This document shows positions 50,645 to 61,596 of a DNA stretch of 64,000 nt, piece after piece. Where the stretch lies: contig NC_068985.1 of the NCBI RefSeq assembly GCF_001194135.2, positions 33,388,232-33,452,231 of the forward strand, in the 5' to 3' direction. The DNA is from Octopus bimaculoides. Taxonomy: Eukaryota. Positions within the stretch are counted from its first letter, which is position 1. The number at the start of each line of letters is the position of its first letter. A program made the position numbers and the translations under genes. The notes under the pieces are model-generated. The model was not told the DNA's origin. It saw nothing but the letters and a program-made list of their open reading frames with translations, and searched no databases.

Positions 50645-51360
50645 GTCATTGTTCAGTTTTGCCAATAGAGAAAGAGCCAGTTTCTAACCTAGATTCAAGG
50701 CTCCTTCATTGGAATTTCAATATTAACAACAGGGTACTTTTGTATGTATGTATGTATGTATGTATGTATGTATGTATGTATGTATGTATGTGTGTGTGCA
50801 GATTTGTTTTGCTTTATGTATGTATTCTCATGCATATAGTTGTATATCTAAACATGCTCATACATATTTAAATGATAAATTTCTGGAAAGTTTTAAAAAT
50901 TTTTACAGTTCCAGTGATGGATTGGATCTGTAGTCTTCAAATTAACTTTCTCCTTTCTGGTTTTAAGAAGCCTAATTTCTCAAGATTGGTATTTAGGCAA
51001 TGTGTTACATATCTAAAGGCCCCAATAATTACAGGTATAAACCTGAACTTGTAATCTGGATAGAGTAACTGCAGATTTCTCAATAGTTCAGCATAGGTTT
51101 TCTCTTTTTCACTGATCTTCAGCTTTATGTTAACATCTGCTGGACAGCTAATTTCCACAACTGTACACAGTTTCTCTTCTCTATCCCAAATCATTATATC
51201 AGGTCTGTTGTGCTTAGATTTTACTGAGGTCTTCACTGGGATATTATTCCACCAGTATTCCTTTTTATCATGAGTGACTATGGCTTCTACCATACTGTGG
51301 GTTCTTATTTCTTTCTCCTCGGGGTTATCCTTCCAACGGATTTCCTTATAGTGTGCTAGT
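50645..51360 (-). mobile_element. 5'-truncated R4/Dong-like RLE retrotransposon in (ATAC)n, copy A
   Basis: YWWNNIPVKT...HNRPDIMIWDREEKLCTVVEISCPAD...EKEKTY..L...IPVIIGA; (TATG)n on both sides. Confidence 0.88.
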
Positions 51361-51400
51361 TTATGTATGTATGTATGTATGTATGTATGTATGTATGTAT

Positions 51401-52087
51401 GTCATTATTCAGTTTTATTTCAAAATTTCTTGCCAATAGAGAAAGAGCCGGTTTCTAACCAAGACCCAAGGCTCCTTCATTGAAAATTCAACATCAACAG
51501 GGTATTTTTGTATGTATATATATATGTGCAGATTTGTATGTTTTGCTTTATGTATGTATGCATTCTCATGCATATAGTTGCATATCTTGACATGCTCATA
51601 TATATTTAAATAATAAACTTCTGGAAACTAATTCAGATTTATACAGTTCCAGTGATGGATTGGATCTGTAGTGTTTGAATCAGCTTTCTCTTTCTGGTTT
51701 TGAGAAGCCTAATTTCTCAAGATTGTTATTTAGGCACTGTGTTACATATCCCAGTGCCCCAATAATTACAGGTATAAACCTGAACTTGTAATCTGGATAG
51801 AGTAACTGCAGATTTCTTGATAGTTCAGCATAGGTATTCTCTTTTTCACTGATCTGTAGCTTTATGTTAACATCTGCTGGGCAGCTGATTTCCACAATTG
51901 TACACTGTTTCTCTTCTCTATCCCAAATCATTATATCAGGTCTACTGTCTTTACATTTCATTGAGGTTTTCACTGGGACATTCCACCAATACTCCATTTT
52001 ATTATGAGTGGCTATGGCTTCCACCATACTGTGGGTTCTTATTTCTTTGTCCTCGAGATTATCTTTCCAACAGATCTTGTTATACAG
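51401..52087 (-). mobile_element. 5'-truncated R4/Dong-like RLE retrotransposon in (ATAC)n, copy B
   Basis: YWWNVPVKT...SRPDIMIWDREEKQCTIVEISCPAD...IPVIIGALG; (TATG)n at 51361-51400 and 52088-52140. Confidence 0.88.
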
Positions 52088-52144
52088 TGTGTATGTATGT
52101 ATGTATGTATGTATGTATGTATGTATGCATGTATGTGTGTGTGA

Positions 52145-52438
52145 AGGCATGTGGCTTAGTGGTTAGGGTATTCAACTCACGATTGTAAGGTCAAGAGTTC
52201 AATTTCCAGTGGTGTGTTGTGTCCTTGTGCAAGACACTTTATTTCTTGTTGCTCCAGTCCACTCAGCTGGCAAAATTATTTGTGTCTATAATTCAAAGAG
52301 CCAGCCTTGTCACACTCTGTGTCATGCTGAATCCTTCTGAGAACTACGCTAAAGGTGTGTATGTCTTAATTTCATGAGCATGTTGTCCAGTTGATCATGT
52401 CAACTGGAGCACTTGTTGTCATAACTGACAAAGAGCCA
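52145..52438 (+). mobile_element. CORE-type tRNA-derived SINE (family C)
   Basis: TGGCTTAGTGG (box A), GAGTTCAATTTCC (box B), TGTGTCCTTGTGCAAGACACTT (CORE-like). Confidence 0.8.
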
Positions 52439-54047
52439 CTGTGTGTGTGTGCGTGTGTGTGTGTGCGTGTGCGTGTGCGTGTGTGTGTGTGTGTATTAAT
52501 GTATGTATGTATACCTACGGTTTCTGCTGGTAAAGTTTGACCATGATTTAATTCATACATGTTCAGGCCTGGACAGAATTTTTAAAAAAAAGACTGGCAG
52601 TTGCTCATGCATGCAAATCATCCCCTACCAAGCTACCAAAGGTTATCCAAAGTAAAGGCAGCCAACTTGGGCTGATACAGTCTGACACCATTGTTTGACA
52701 AGTATTGCTGTTAGAACACTAAGAATCAGAACAGATACTGCTAGGCATCTTGTCTGACTTGTTACCAGTTTCACAAATCGACTGCACTAGATTGGCACTT
52801 TTTCTATTGCCACTGAAAAAATGAAAAGCAATGTTGACTTCAGTGGCATTTGAACTCAGAGCACAAACAGAACAAATACTACAAGGTATCCTTTTCATCA
52901 ACCTAACAACTCTACCAGTATACTACCTTCTTTGAACCATCTCTATTACCATCCTTCACTTAGTCTTATCCTTATCTCATCACCTACCTCTACCTTTGTC
53001 CACTTCTGCTATGGCCAAACACTCTCCCACCACTCATAATACTGTTCTTCCCAGTACACTTTACAGTGATCACATTCCACTGAGTTGCCATTTCTTCCCT
53101 TATCCACTGCATTGTCATTACTATTCTGCTGTTTGCCTTCACTTTCTTCTGTAACTGCTATTTCCCCCAACTCATACATAGTCATCTCTACCCCTTATCC
53201 ATCTTTCAACCCTACACAATTGTAAGAGATACTGCTTGCCTCTCTCCCACTCAGCCAGTCCCCACCTTTCCTCACTCCTCCATATACTCTTGCAGCCTTC
53301 ATCCACCTACACTCCTGGTTCCTCTCAATCCACTCACCTTGTTCCTTGTACCTTGAGAAGACCACCCAGTCCCTTCATCCCCTATTTTATCCCTTTCCAG
53401 TTCCACCCAATCACTTTCCTCCTCTATTCTAAATGTGAGAAGCCATGTGGCTCCTCTACACCGAGAAACCTGCTCTGGTCTGGCCCCTTCTCTCATCCTT
53501 CAAATCCTCATCACCCATACCATCACCTTGGGTTCATTGTTTCTATCTAACGGGCAACCTCACTAGTGCACAAGAAAAGTATCCAGTACATGCTGTAAAG
53601 TGGTTTGTGTTGGAGAGAATATCTAGTTGCAGAAATCATGCTAAAGTAATCACTGGAGTACAATGCAGTCCTTGGGCCCATCAAATCATGTCAACCCATT
53701 CCGGTCATATCATCATGTTGAACCATTAATCTCTACACATATTTTTCTCTCTTCCTTTTTTTGTCATTCTTTCTCCAAGACGGAAAGTGTTACTGAAAAG
53801 GTCACAGATGCATGATGAAAGATTTCTGGACTATAGACATGAGTTAAAATAAGAACAGTAATAAATGAGTGAAGAATGAATATATAGCGTGTGCTTATTT
53901 GTTAAAAAAAAAAAAAAAATGACCATCCCAAAATACAAAAACATTTTCTCTCAGATCTTTCTGTCAAAGAACATAGGCCTGAAACACCAAAGACTTTTCC
54001 TTTCTTCTCGAGCATCAAACTAATACACCTGTATGTTGTTCCCTCAC

Positions 54048-54243
54048 CTGTCTTTGTGTTTTGTTTTCTGTAAATTTGAACTATATATATATCTATACAT
54101 ATAAATTTGACACGGGCGATTCTTTCTTGTCTTAGGATTCACGGTCAAACAGCTGGGTGGAATTGCGCAAAAAATTACACAGATGTGTAGAATGATCTGG
54201 TGGTGATGCTGGGCTTTGTATTTTTTCATAGCTCCCATGGTTA
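54048..54243. other. Exon-like segment with splice signals on both strands
   Basis: Minus strand: acceptor TTATTTCAG, donor AG/GTGAGG, frame VTMGAMKK...KHKD in phase with the 59654 donor. Plus strand: acceptor TTCTTTCTTGTCTTAG at 54135, then DSRSNSWVELRKKLHRCVE*. Confidence 0.3.
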
Positions 54244-54720
54244 CTGAAATAATCTACTATAATAATACTCTTGTGTTTATGAATGAGAAAGGAAGGGGTG
54301 ATAGATGAATAAGGAAGGAAGGGGTGATATCATACTTGGTAGTGAGATGATGAAAATTGTGTGCTGAAAAAATAAATCAAACAATGTTTCAACTCTGTGT
54401 GAATATATGTGTGTGTATGTAAAAGGGATGGGGGTATGTGAATATATGTGTGTGCGTGCATGCGTGCAATGGAAGTGGGATGGTTCATTTTTGTTTGCTT
54501 AGTATTTGGGTTTATTTTTTGATTTGGTTGAATCTTGGTTGGGTTTTTTTTTGTTGGTCAGTTATTTTTAGCGTTTTGACAGAAAAAAGTCATTCTAAAA
54601 TTGTTTTTTAACGTAAGCATGCCCAAACAAGCCAAATGCTTACACATTGCAGGTATTACAGCCACATCATCCAAACCGACCAGGTGAAACTGGGCTTAGC
54701 TGCTAGTATATATATATATA

Positions 54721-54900
54721 CCTTCGAAACGCGGAGTAGATGGAACAGGGACAACTGACGAAGGGATATACTCTTTATGTTGCATGTCTCGTTTCTCTGT
54801 TTGTTTTTTTCGTTGTTCCAAAAAAAGTTTGTTTTTTATGTTTTCGTTTCTCATTGTGTTTAACGTTTTTTTGATGTCCTGTACCCATATATGCATATAT
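54721..54900 (+). repeat. Unclassified TA-associated short repeat (family of 23500-23715)
   Basis: Flanked by (TA)n on both sides; CpGs retained. Confidence 0.65.
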
Positions 54901-54952
54901 ATGTAGGTATGTACATATATGTATGGATATATGCATATATTTATATATTATT

Positions 54953-55007
<55 letters not shown>

Positions 55008-55231
55008 AATACATACGTATATGCACATACACACACATTTATAAGCATATATATATCAATATATGCCTAAGTGAAAACAATATATACATAGCATAACTAA
55101 CTATATATATCAAAATATATAAAAAATTAGAATGAAAAGGAATAAGAAATTATGCGATGAACTTTATTAACTTACAGCTGTAAGTTACTGAAGTCTATCA
55201 CAATTTCTTATTCCTTTGTCATTCTAATTTC

Positions 55232-55628
55232 TTATTACCTCCACCAAGGAAGGAGGTTCTGTTTTCATCGGCGTTGGTTTGTCTATCTGTCCGTCTGTGT
55301 GCAAAATAATCCAAAAAGTTGTGAATGGTATTTGATGAAACTTGCAGGAAAAGTTGGTAATGACACAAGGAACAGATGATTAAATTTTGGTAGTGATCCG
55401 AGAATTTTTATGGATTCTTGAAGTATTTTTCATTTGTTATATTTACTTTACATGAAGTATTACAATGTTACGTTCTTTATCTCCCTTGAAAACACGTTCA
55501 TCGTTTCCACGTAACCTATGGTAGTGTTGCTGTTTCCAAAGTTTATTTTCATTTCTCTGTTAGTAATTTTACTTGTGTAAAATGAGCTGCTTGGCGGAGG
55601 TCTGCGCTCTCCAAGTGCTTTTCTAGTT
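55232..55628 (+). mobile_element. Non-autonomous Helentron/HINE (DINE-1-like) element
   Basis: 5' TTATTACCTCCACCAAGG; subterminal inverted CTTGGCGGAGG at 55590-55600; 3' hairpin GCGCT-CTCCA-AGTGC followed by TTCTAGTT; internal short GTCT-like repeats. Confidence 0.75.
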
Positions 55629-55931
55629 ACTGCTTTGTACTTGACTGACACTTCGTTCTGAAGCATATGCATTAGTATCACTATGTATAAAGCGATATAT
55701 ACAGTATATAAAGGAATACCAGATAAGCTACCCATACCTGGATACAACTCACTCAACAAGAACTCACTACATGAATGGACCATAATACCACAAAACTTGA
55801 CTTATAAAGGATTTAGATAATCCTATCAGGTAGTGCTATTAAGTTAGACATGGCCTGGACCAATCTTTGGTCAAACCATATCTAAGTTTTATATATAGTA
55901 CATACATACATACATATATATATACATATAC

Positions 55932-56008
<77 letters not shown>

Positions 56009-57009
56009 NNNNNNNNNNNNNNNNNNNNNNNNNNNNNNNNNNNNNNNNNNNNNNNNNNNNNNNNNNNNNNNNNNNNNNNNNNNNNNNNNNNNNNNNNNNN
56101 NNNNNNNNNNNNNNNNNNNNNNNNNNNNNNNNNNNNNNNNNNNNNNNNNNNNNNNNNNNNNNNNNNNNNNNNNNNNNNNNNNNNNNNNNNNNNNNNNNNN
56201 NNNNNNNNNNNNNNNNNNNNNNNNNNNNNNNNNNNNNNNNNNNNNNNNNNNNNNNNNNNNNNNNNNNNNNNNNNNNNNNNNNNNNNNNNNNNNNNNNNNN
56301 NNNNNNNNNNNNNNNNNNNNNNNNNNNNNNNNNNNNNNNNNNNNNNNNNNNNNNNNNNNNNNNNNNNNNNNNNNNNNNNNNNNNNNNNNNNNNNNNNNNN
56401 NNNNNNNNNNNNNNNNNNNNNNNNNNNNNNNNNNNNNNNNNNNNNNNNNNNNNNNNNNNNNNNNNNNNNNNNNNNNNNNNNNNNNNNNNNNNNNNNNNNN
56501 NNNNNNNNNNNNNNNNNNNNNNNNNNNNNNNNNNNNNNNNNNNNNNNNNNNNNNNNNNNNNNNNNNNNNNNNNNNNNNNNNNNNNNNNNNNNNNNNNNNN
56601 NNNNNNNNNNNNNNNNNNNNNNNNNNNNNNNNNNNNNNNNNNNNNNNNNNNNNNNNNNNNNNNNNNNNNNNNNNNNNNNNNNNNNNNNNNNNNNNNNNNN
56701 NNNNNNNNNNNNNNNNNNNNNNNNNNNNNNNNNNNNNNNNNNNNNNNNNNNNNNNNNNNNNNNNNNNNNNNNNNNNNNNNNNNNNNNNNNNNNNNNNNNN
56801 NNNNNNNNNNNNNNNNNNNNNNNNNNNNNNNNNNNNNNNNNNNNNNNNNNNNNNNNNNNNNNNNNNNNNNNNNNNNNNNNNNNNNNNNNNNNNNNNNNNN
56901 NNNNNNNNNNNNNNNNNNNNNNNNNNNNNNNNNNNNNNNNNNNNNNNNNNNNNNNNNNNNNNNNNNNNNNNNNNNNNNNNNNNNNNNNNNNNNNATATAT
57001 ATATATATG

Positions 57010-57205
57010 TATATGTTTGTGTGTCTGTGTTTGTCCCCACACCATCACTTGACAACCGATGTTGGTGTGTTTACATCCCTGTAACTTAGCGGTTCAGCAA
57101 AAGAGACCGATAGAATAAGTCCTAGGGTCGAATTGTTTGACTAAAGGCAGTGCTCCAGCATGGTTGCAGTCAAATGACTGAAAGAAGTAAAAGGATAAAA
57201 GAATA
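57010..57205 (+). mobile_element. SINE family D 3' half
   Basis: GTTTACATCCCTGTAACTTAGCGGTTCAGCAAAAGAGACCGATAGAATAAGT. Confidence 0.8.
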
Positions 57206-57280
57206 TTTATATATATGAGACAAAATGAGATAACAAAGCCATGGCTGTGAGGAGTTTTCAGGACTGGTCATGGGTCAACA

Positions 57281-57354
57281 GGTTCTTGGGATCTGACGAT
57301 ATGCCATGAAGCCAAACCCTTTATGGACGGAAACCTAAGGTAATCCCATAAACC
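57281..57354 (+). ncRNA. Type I hammerhead ribozyme motif (variant stem II junction)
   Basis: Stem I GGGAT/ATCCC, extendable; CTGACGA 57293-57299; stem II CCATGAAG/CTTTATGG; GAAA 57330-57333; stem III ACC-TAA-GGT; predicted GUA cleavage after 57342. Confidence 0.78.
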
Positions 57355-57388
57355 GGCCTTCCCCATTTTAACACACACACAGCACCGA

Positions 57389-57735
57389 CGTGGCTTGTTT
57401 CCCAACCACATAGTTCCGGGTTCAGTCCCACTGTGTGGAACCGTGGGCAAGTGTCTTTTATTAGAGTTTTGGGCCGATCAAATCCTAGTGAGTGAATTTG
57501 GTGAAAGCCCGTCGAGTATATGTGTGTACCCGTGTTTGTCCTCCACCACCGCTTGCCAACCGGTGTTGGTGTGTTTACGTCCCCGAAATCTTACGGTTCG
57601 GCAAAAGAAACCGAAAGAATACGTACCAGATTTAAAAAAAATAAGTAGTGGGGTCAATCATTCGACTGAAAATATTTCAAGGCGGTGCCCCAGCATAGCC
57701 GCAATCTAATGATTGAAACAAGTAAAAGATATATA
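57389..57735 (+). mobile_element. Near full-length CORE-type SINE (family D)
   Basis: GGGTTCAGTCCCACTG (box B), GGGCAAGTGTCTT (CORE-like), 3' GAAACAAGTAAAAGA; CpGs retained. Confidence 0.85.
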
Positions 57736-58002
57736 TAAAGAGAAAGAGAGATACACGCATATATAATTCTTTACATGTTATATTTAGTTAAAAAGATATT
57801 CAAAACGCATTTATATCAGAAATATATCCATTAAACGACTGTGATCCTGTTTCGATCCTCCCTTGTAGCAATATAATTTACGGGGATAACACAGGAGAGA
57901 AAGGCATGAATGTCACAGAATGTCGTAATCTCTTCCATTCGAAAAATTGTCTGACTAGGAAATCAATACACATATTCTTGAATGTAGAAAAGGATGAATT
58001 AA

Positions 58003-58066
<64 letters not shown>

Positions 58067-58374
58067 GTATGTATAATGACATCCACGCATACTCACACAC
58101 AGATACAAACACCAATTCTACGTTTAGTGAGTGAGAGAGCGAACCAGGAACTCGTCTTGATAGATACGCGCATTAGCTGTCACTCCCTTGCTTTCAATTA
58201 ATTTATCAGTCTATCTCTGCCTGCGCCTCACCCTCAATCTATCCATCTTAGTCTTTCATTTCCGCCCCTCCCTCTCTCTCTCTTTAGCTGATCTTTAGTT
58301 CAGACATCTGCCCTGTCATATTCTCTCATAATTCTTCTTCAACAAACTCTAAAACCCAAACACAGGAGGACTAA

Positions 58375-58424
58375 ATGGCTACCGTGGATACTGCTGATGA
58401 CTCACAGAAAAGACAAGGAACCAG
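58375..58424 (+). CDS. Candidate first coding exon of an unknown gene continuing rightward
   Basis: In-frame TAA directly before ATGG with A at -3; MATVDTADDSQKRQGT then AG/GTAAAT donor. No downstream exon identified. Confidence 0.35.
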
Positions 58425-59653
58425 GTAAATCTATGTTCTTGCGATATTATTTTCTCATCAAAAGCCACACCATTAACCGATTTATCCTATCTATTCCTAT
58501 CCAAGATAGTCAACTTTCTTACCAACTACTCTCTTATCTTTGCTCTCAGTCATTCTACGAAAATTAATAAATGTAAAAGCAATTGTTACATATTTTCTAC
58601 CTTTCCCTCCTCTCGATTTTAATAAACATACTCATACATACATATTATATATATATTTGAATATGTGTGTTTGTATGTGTGTGTCATACTGTCACTGTTT
58701 CTATACGAATACATATTGTTTCTTTAACATCATCTCTAATCAAGATCATCATCATTATCACCACCATAATTTGTTTTTAAATCCAAAACAAGAACGTCGT
58801 TTTGTATGGGTTATGCAGTGAAATGTAATTTCCTATTTTTCACGGAGAAACTTTATGCTCTGGTGACTGAGTTTTTCAGCATCGGTCACGGTGTAGCTTA
58901 TAGTCGATGACTGATACGCTAAATTGACTATTGTATGCGTATGTTTGTGTGTGTAGACGTGTCTGAGTATATTTGCCGTAACGTTAATTGATAGACGTCG
59001 GCTACTATATGGTTACAAACTGGGGGAACAAATTATGATATACTATGTGTTACAAACTGGTCCTCCAATTTGTAATACATTGAAGATAATCTGCTTATTT
59101 TTCTGTCCCCTTTCATTTCTTCTCAAGTCATGTTTGTTTCCTTTTTATACAATCTTACACCAGAAATCCTATAAAATTAGCCTGTCTAATGTGTGAACAC
59201 ACACACACACACACAATGCGACGCGCTCATATGTATCATAGTTCTATTAAGATTTTTAGTAAATCATTTCTCGTAATTGTGTAATAGAACCCGGAAAGAC
59301 GAAGTCAATTCGCCGAAGGAAAGCTGCCGGCGAGCATCATCCACGATTCCGGTTCAATCCCTCGTTGGAGTCATATCACTATATCCTAGTCATTACATTC
59401 CACCCACTCCCTCTAAAGAACATTCGCTTCATACCAATGCAAGAAAGAGATATTAATTCCGACGGTAAATCATTAATATGAACGATAGCGAATAAGTTCG
59501 TGCACTAACTGGATATGTTGATTTCCCGTTAAATTAAATTGCTAAACTAATAATGTCTAGGTGTATTTTGTGTATGTTCAAGAATCGAACGTGTAGCTAG
59601 ATAAAGGTCTAACAACCTCTGCATGGCTTCATTGCTCAACTGTGTCGACTTAC

Positions 59654-59741
59654 CTTTGAACCCCACCTTTTTCGACCTATTACCCGAGAATTGATCTGTT
59701 GCTATGGATGTATAGGAGCTCGTTGAAGCTGGGCTATGCAT
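59654..59741 (-). CDS. Candidate first exon of an unknown gene continuing leftward
   Basis: MHSPASTSSYTSIATDQFSGNRSKKVGFK then consensus donor AAG/GTAAGT; could instead be a 5' UTR exon. Confidence 0.35.
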
Positions 59742-60059
59742 TACTATCTTCGAGACGAATCCTTGACTCACCCGGATCTCTTTCTCTCTTTCTCTTCCTT
59801 TCCCGCCCTCTCTTTTAGGGATGTATATGTGTGTCAGTGTATCTACATTTATGTATATATCTATGAATTTATGTTTTCTTGTCAAAATCGGTATAAATGT
59901 TTGTATATCTATGTGTATATTTGTATATGTATATCTGTGTATGTATCTATGTGTGTGTATACATATTTGTATACACATATACATCTATGTATATATATCT
60001 TTGGATATGTGTACTTATATGTATACATACATAGACGTGTGTGTGTGTGTGTGTGTATG

Positions 60060-60119
<60 letters not shown>

Positions 60120-60145
60120 CATATATATTAAAACTGGGGAAGGCC

Positions 60146-60220
60146 GGTTTATGGGATTACCTTAGGTTTCCCGTCCATAAAGGGTTTAGCTTTATGGCGT
60201 ATCGTCAGATCCCAAAAACC
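60146..60220 (-). ncRNA. Type I hammerhead ribozyme motif, inverted copy of 57281-57354
   Basis: Minus strand GGTTTTTGGGAT-CTGACGA-TA-CG-CCATAAAG-loop-CTTTATGG-A-CGG-GAAA-CC-TAA-GG-TA-ATCCCATAAACC; 12-bp stem I with one mismatch. Confidence 0.8.
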
Positions 60221-60559
60221 TGTTGGCCCACGACATCTTAAAAATATAGAGGGAGAAGATAAACAAGTAAAAGATAAAAGACACTATTGTTTATCATCAT
60301 CGTCATTTAATGCCTGTTTCATACTGGAATGGGTTGGATGGTTTGACAGGATCTGATGGGTCCAAGGACTATTTTATGCTCCAGTGTTTTCTTTGGCATG
60401 GTACCTACAGCTGAATGCCCTTCCCAATGCCAACTGATTTAGAGTGTGTCCTGGGTATTTTATTCATGCCACCAGCACTTGTAAAGTCACCATGTAACTT
60501 CATAGTTGGAGAGGAGGAGTAGAGTGGGATAAAGTGTGAGAGAACAGAGCAGGAGCAGA

Positions 60560-60800
60560 ACAGTAAAAAAACAGTTACCTTCTCGAGTCATACTGACTCA
60601 CAAGGGCTGGTATCTGTAGTGTATAAATTCCCTACATGGATAGGACACTGGTCTGTCACAGGATTACTCATTTTTGCCAGCTGAGTGGACTGGACCAATT
60701 TGAAATGAAGTGTTTTGCTCAAGAGCACAATGTGTTGCCTGGTCCAGGAATCAAAACCATGATCTTGTGATTGTGAGTCCAACAGCTTAACCAGTAAGTC
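60560..60800 (-). mobile_element. CORE-type SINE (family C)
   Basis: Reverse complement of TGTGCTCTTGAGCAAAACACTTCATTTC...GTCCACTCAGCTGGCAAAAATGAGT. Confidence 0.75.
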
Positions 60801-60859
60801 ACCCCCCCCCCACAGAGCAGGACAGCTTTCTTGCTGTAGGGGAGCTTCCTGATTAATCA

Positions 60860-61565
60860 CCTTTTAGAGTCCAAGAGATTGCTAGCAGCTGGAAAGCGAT
60901 AAAACAATAGTCTTGATGAGGTGTTAGGGTCACTTATGCGTACATTTCCTTCATTGGACACTAAACTCTGCTTGCGAAGACCTGTTGAAGCAAGGGAAAT
61001 CGAAATCGAACTAAATTCGACGACTGGCACCCATGCCAACGTCGTCTCCTTCATTGGACACTAAACTTGGCTTGCGAAGACCTGTTGGGGCAAGTGAAAA
61101 TGAAATCGTGATGGCACCTGTACCAGTGGAGCGCTAAGAGCACCATCCAAGCATGATCATTGCCAGAGCAGCTGTCTGGCTTCCGTGCCAGTGGCATGTA
61201 AATAGCACCATTTGAGTGTGATCGTTACCAGCGTCACCTTACTGGCACTTGTGCTGGTGGCACTTGAAAAACCATTCGAGCAAGGTCATTACAAGTGCCG
61301 CTGGACTGGCTCCTGTACAGCTGGCACGTAAAAAACACCATTTTGGGCGTAGCCGTTGCCAGTATCGCCTGACTGGCCCTCGTGCCGCTGGCACGTAAAA
61401 GCACCCACTACAATCTTGGAGTGGTTGGTGTTAGGAAGGGCATCCAGCTGTAGAAACTCTGCCAGATCAGATTGGAGCCTGGTGCAGCCATCTGGTTCGC
61501 CAGGCCTCAGTCAAATCGTCCAACCCATGCCAGCATGGAAAGCGAACATTAAACGATGATGATGA
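60860..61565 (+). mobile_element. RTE 3' end with a duplicated block of about 100 bp and five 66-bp units
   Basis: CCTTCATTGGACACTAAAC...GCTTGCGAAGACCTGTTG occurs twice; array units at about 61126-61388; (GAT)n tail. Confidence 0.85.
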
Positions 61566-61596
61566 TATACACATATCAATATATGTATATATACAC

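Larger units (their letters stand above)
57300..60300. promoter_or_regulatory. CpG-retaining, promoter-like zone
   Basis: CpG visibly more frequent than in most of the window (judged by eye); GC-box-like CCGCCC at about 58262 and 59802 upstream of the two candidate first exons. Confidence 0.45.

Noticed and set aside
54721-54770. Permuted hammerhead (CCTTC-GAAAC...CTGACGA-AGGG)
   Set aside because: Stem I cannot form, and the only good pairing (CCTTC/GAAGG) would sequester core nucleotides; the 23.5-kb copy also lacks the motif.
57271-60230. One 3-kb DNA transposon with 100-bp TIRs
   Set aside because: No target-site duplication or transposase is visible, and the repeats fold as hammerheads. 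Not fully excluded without an empty-site comparison.
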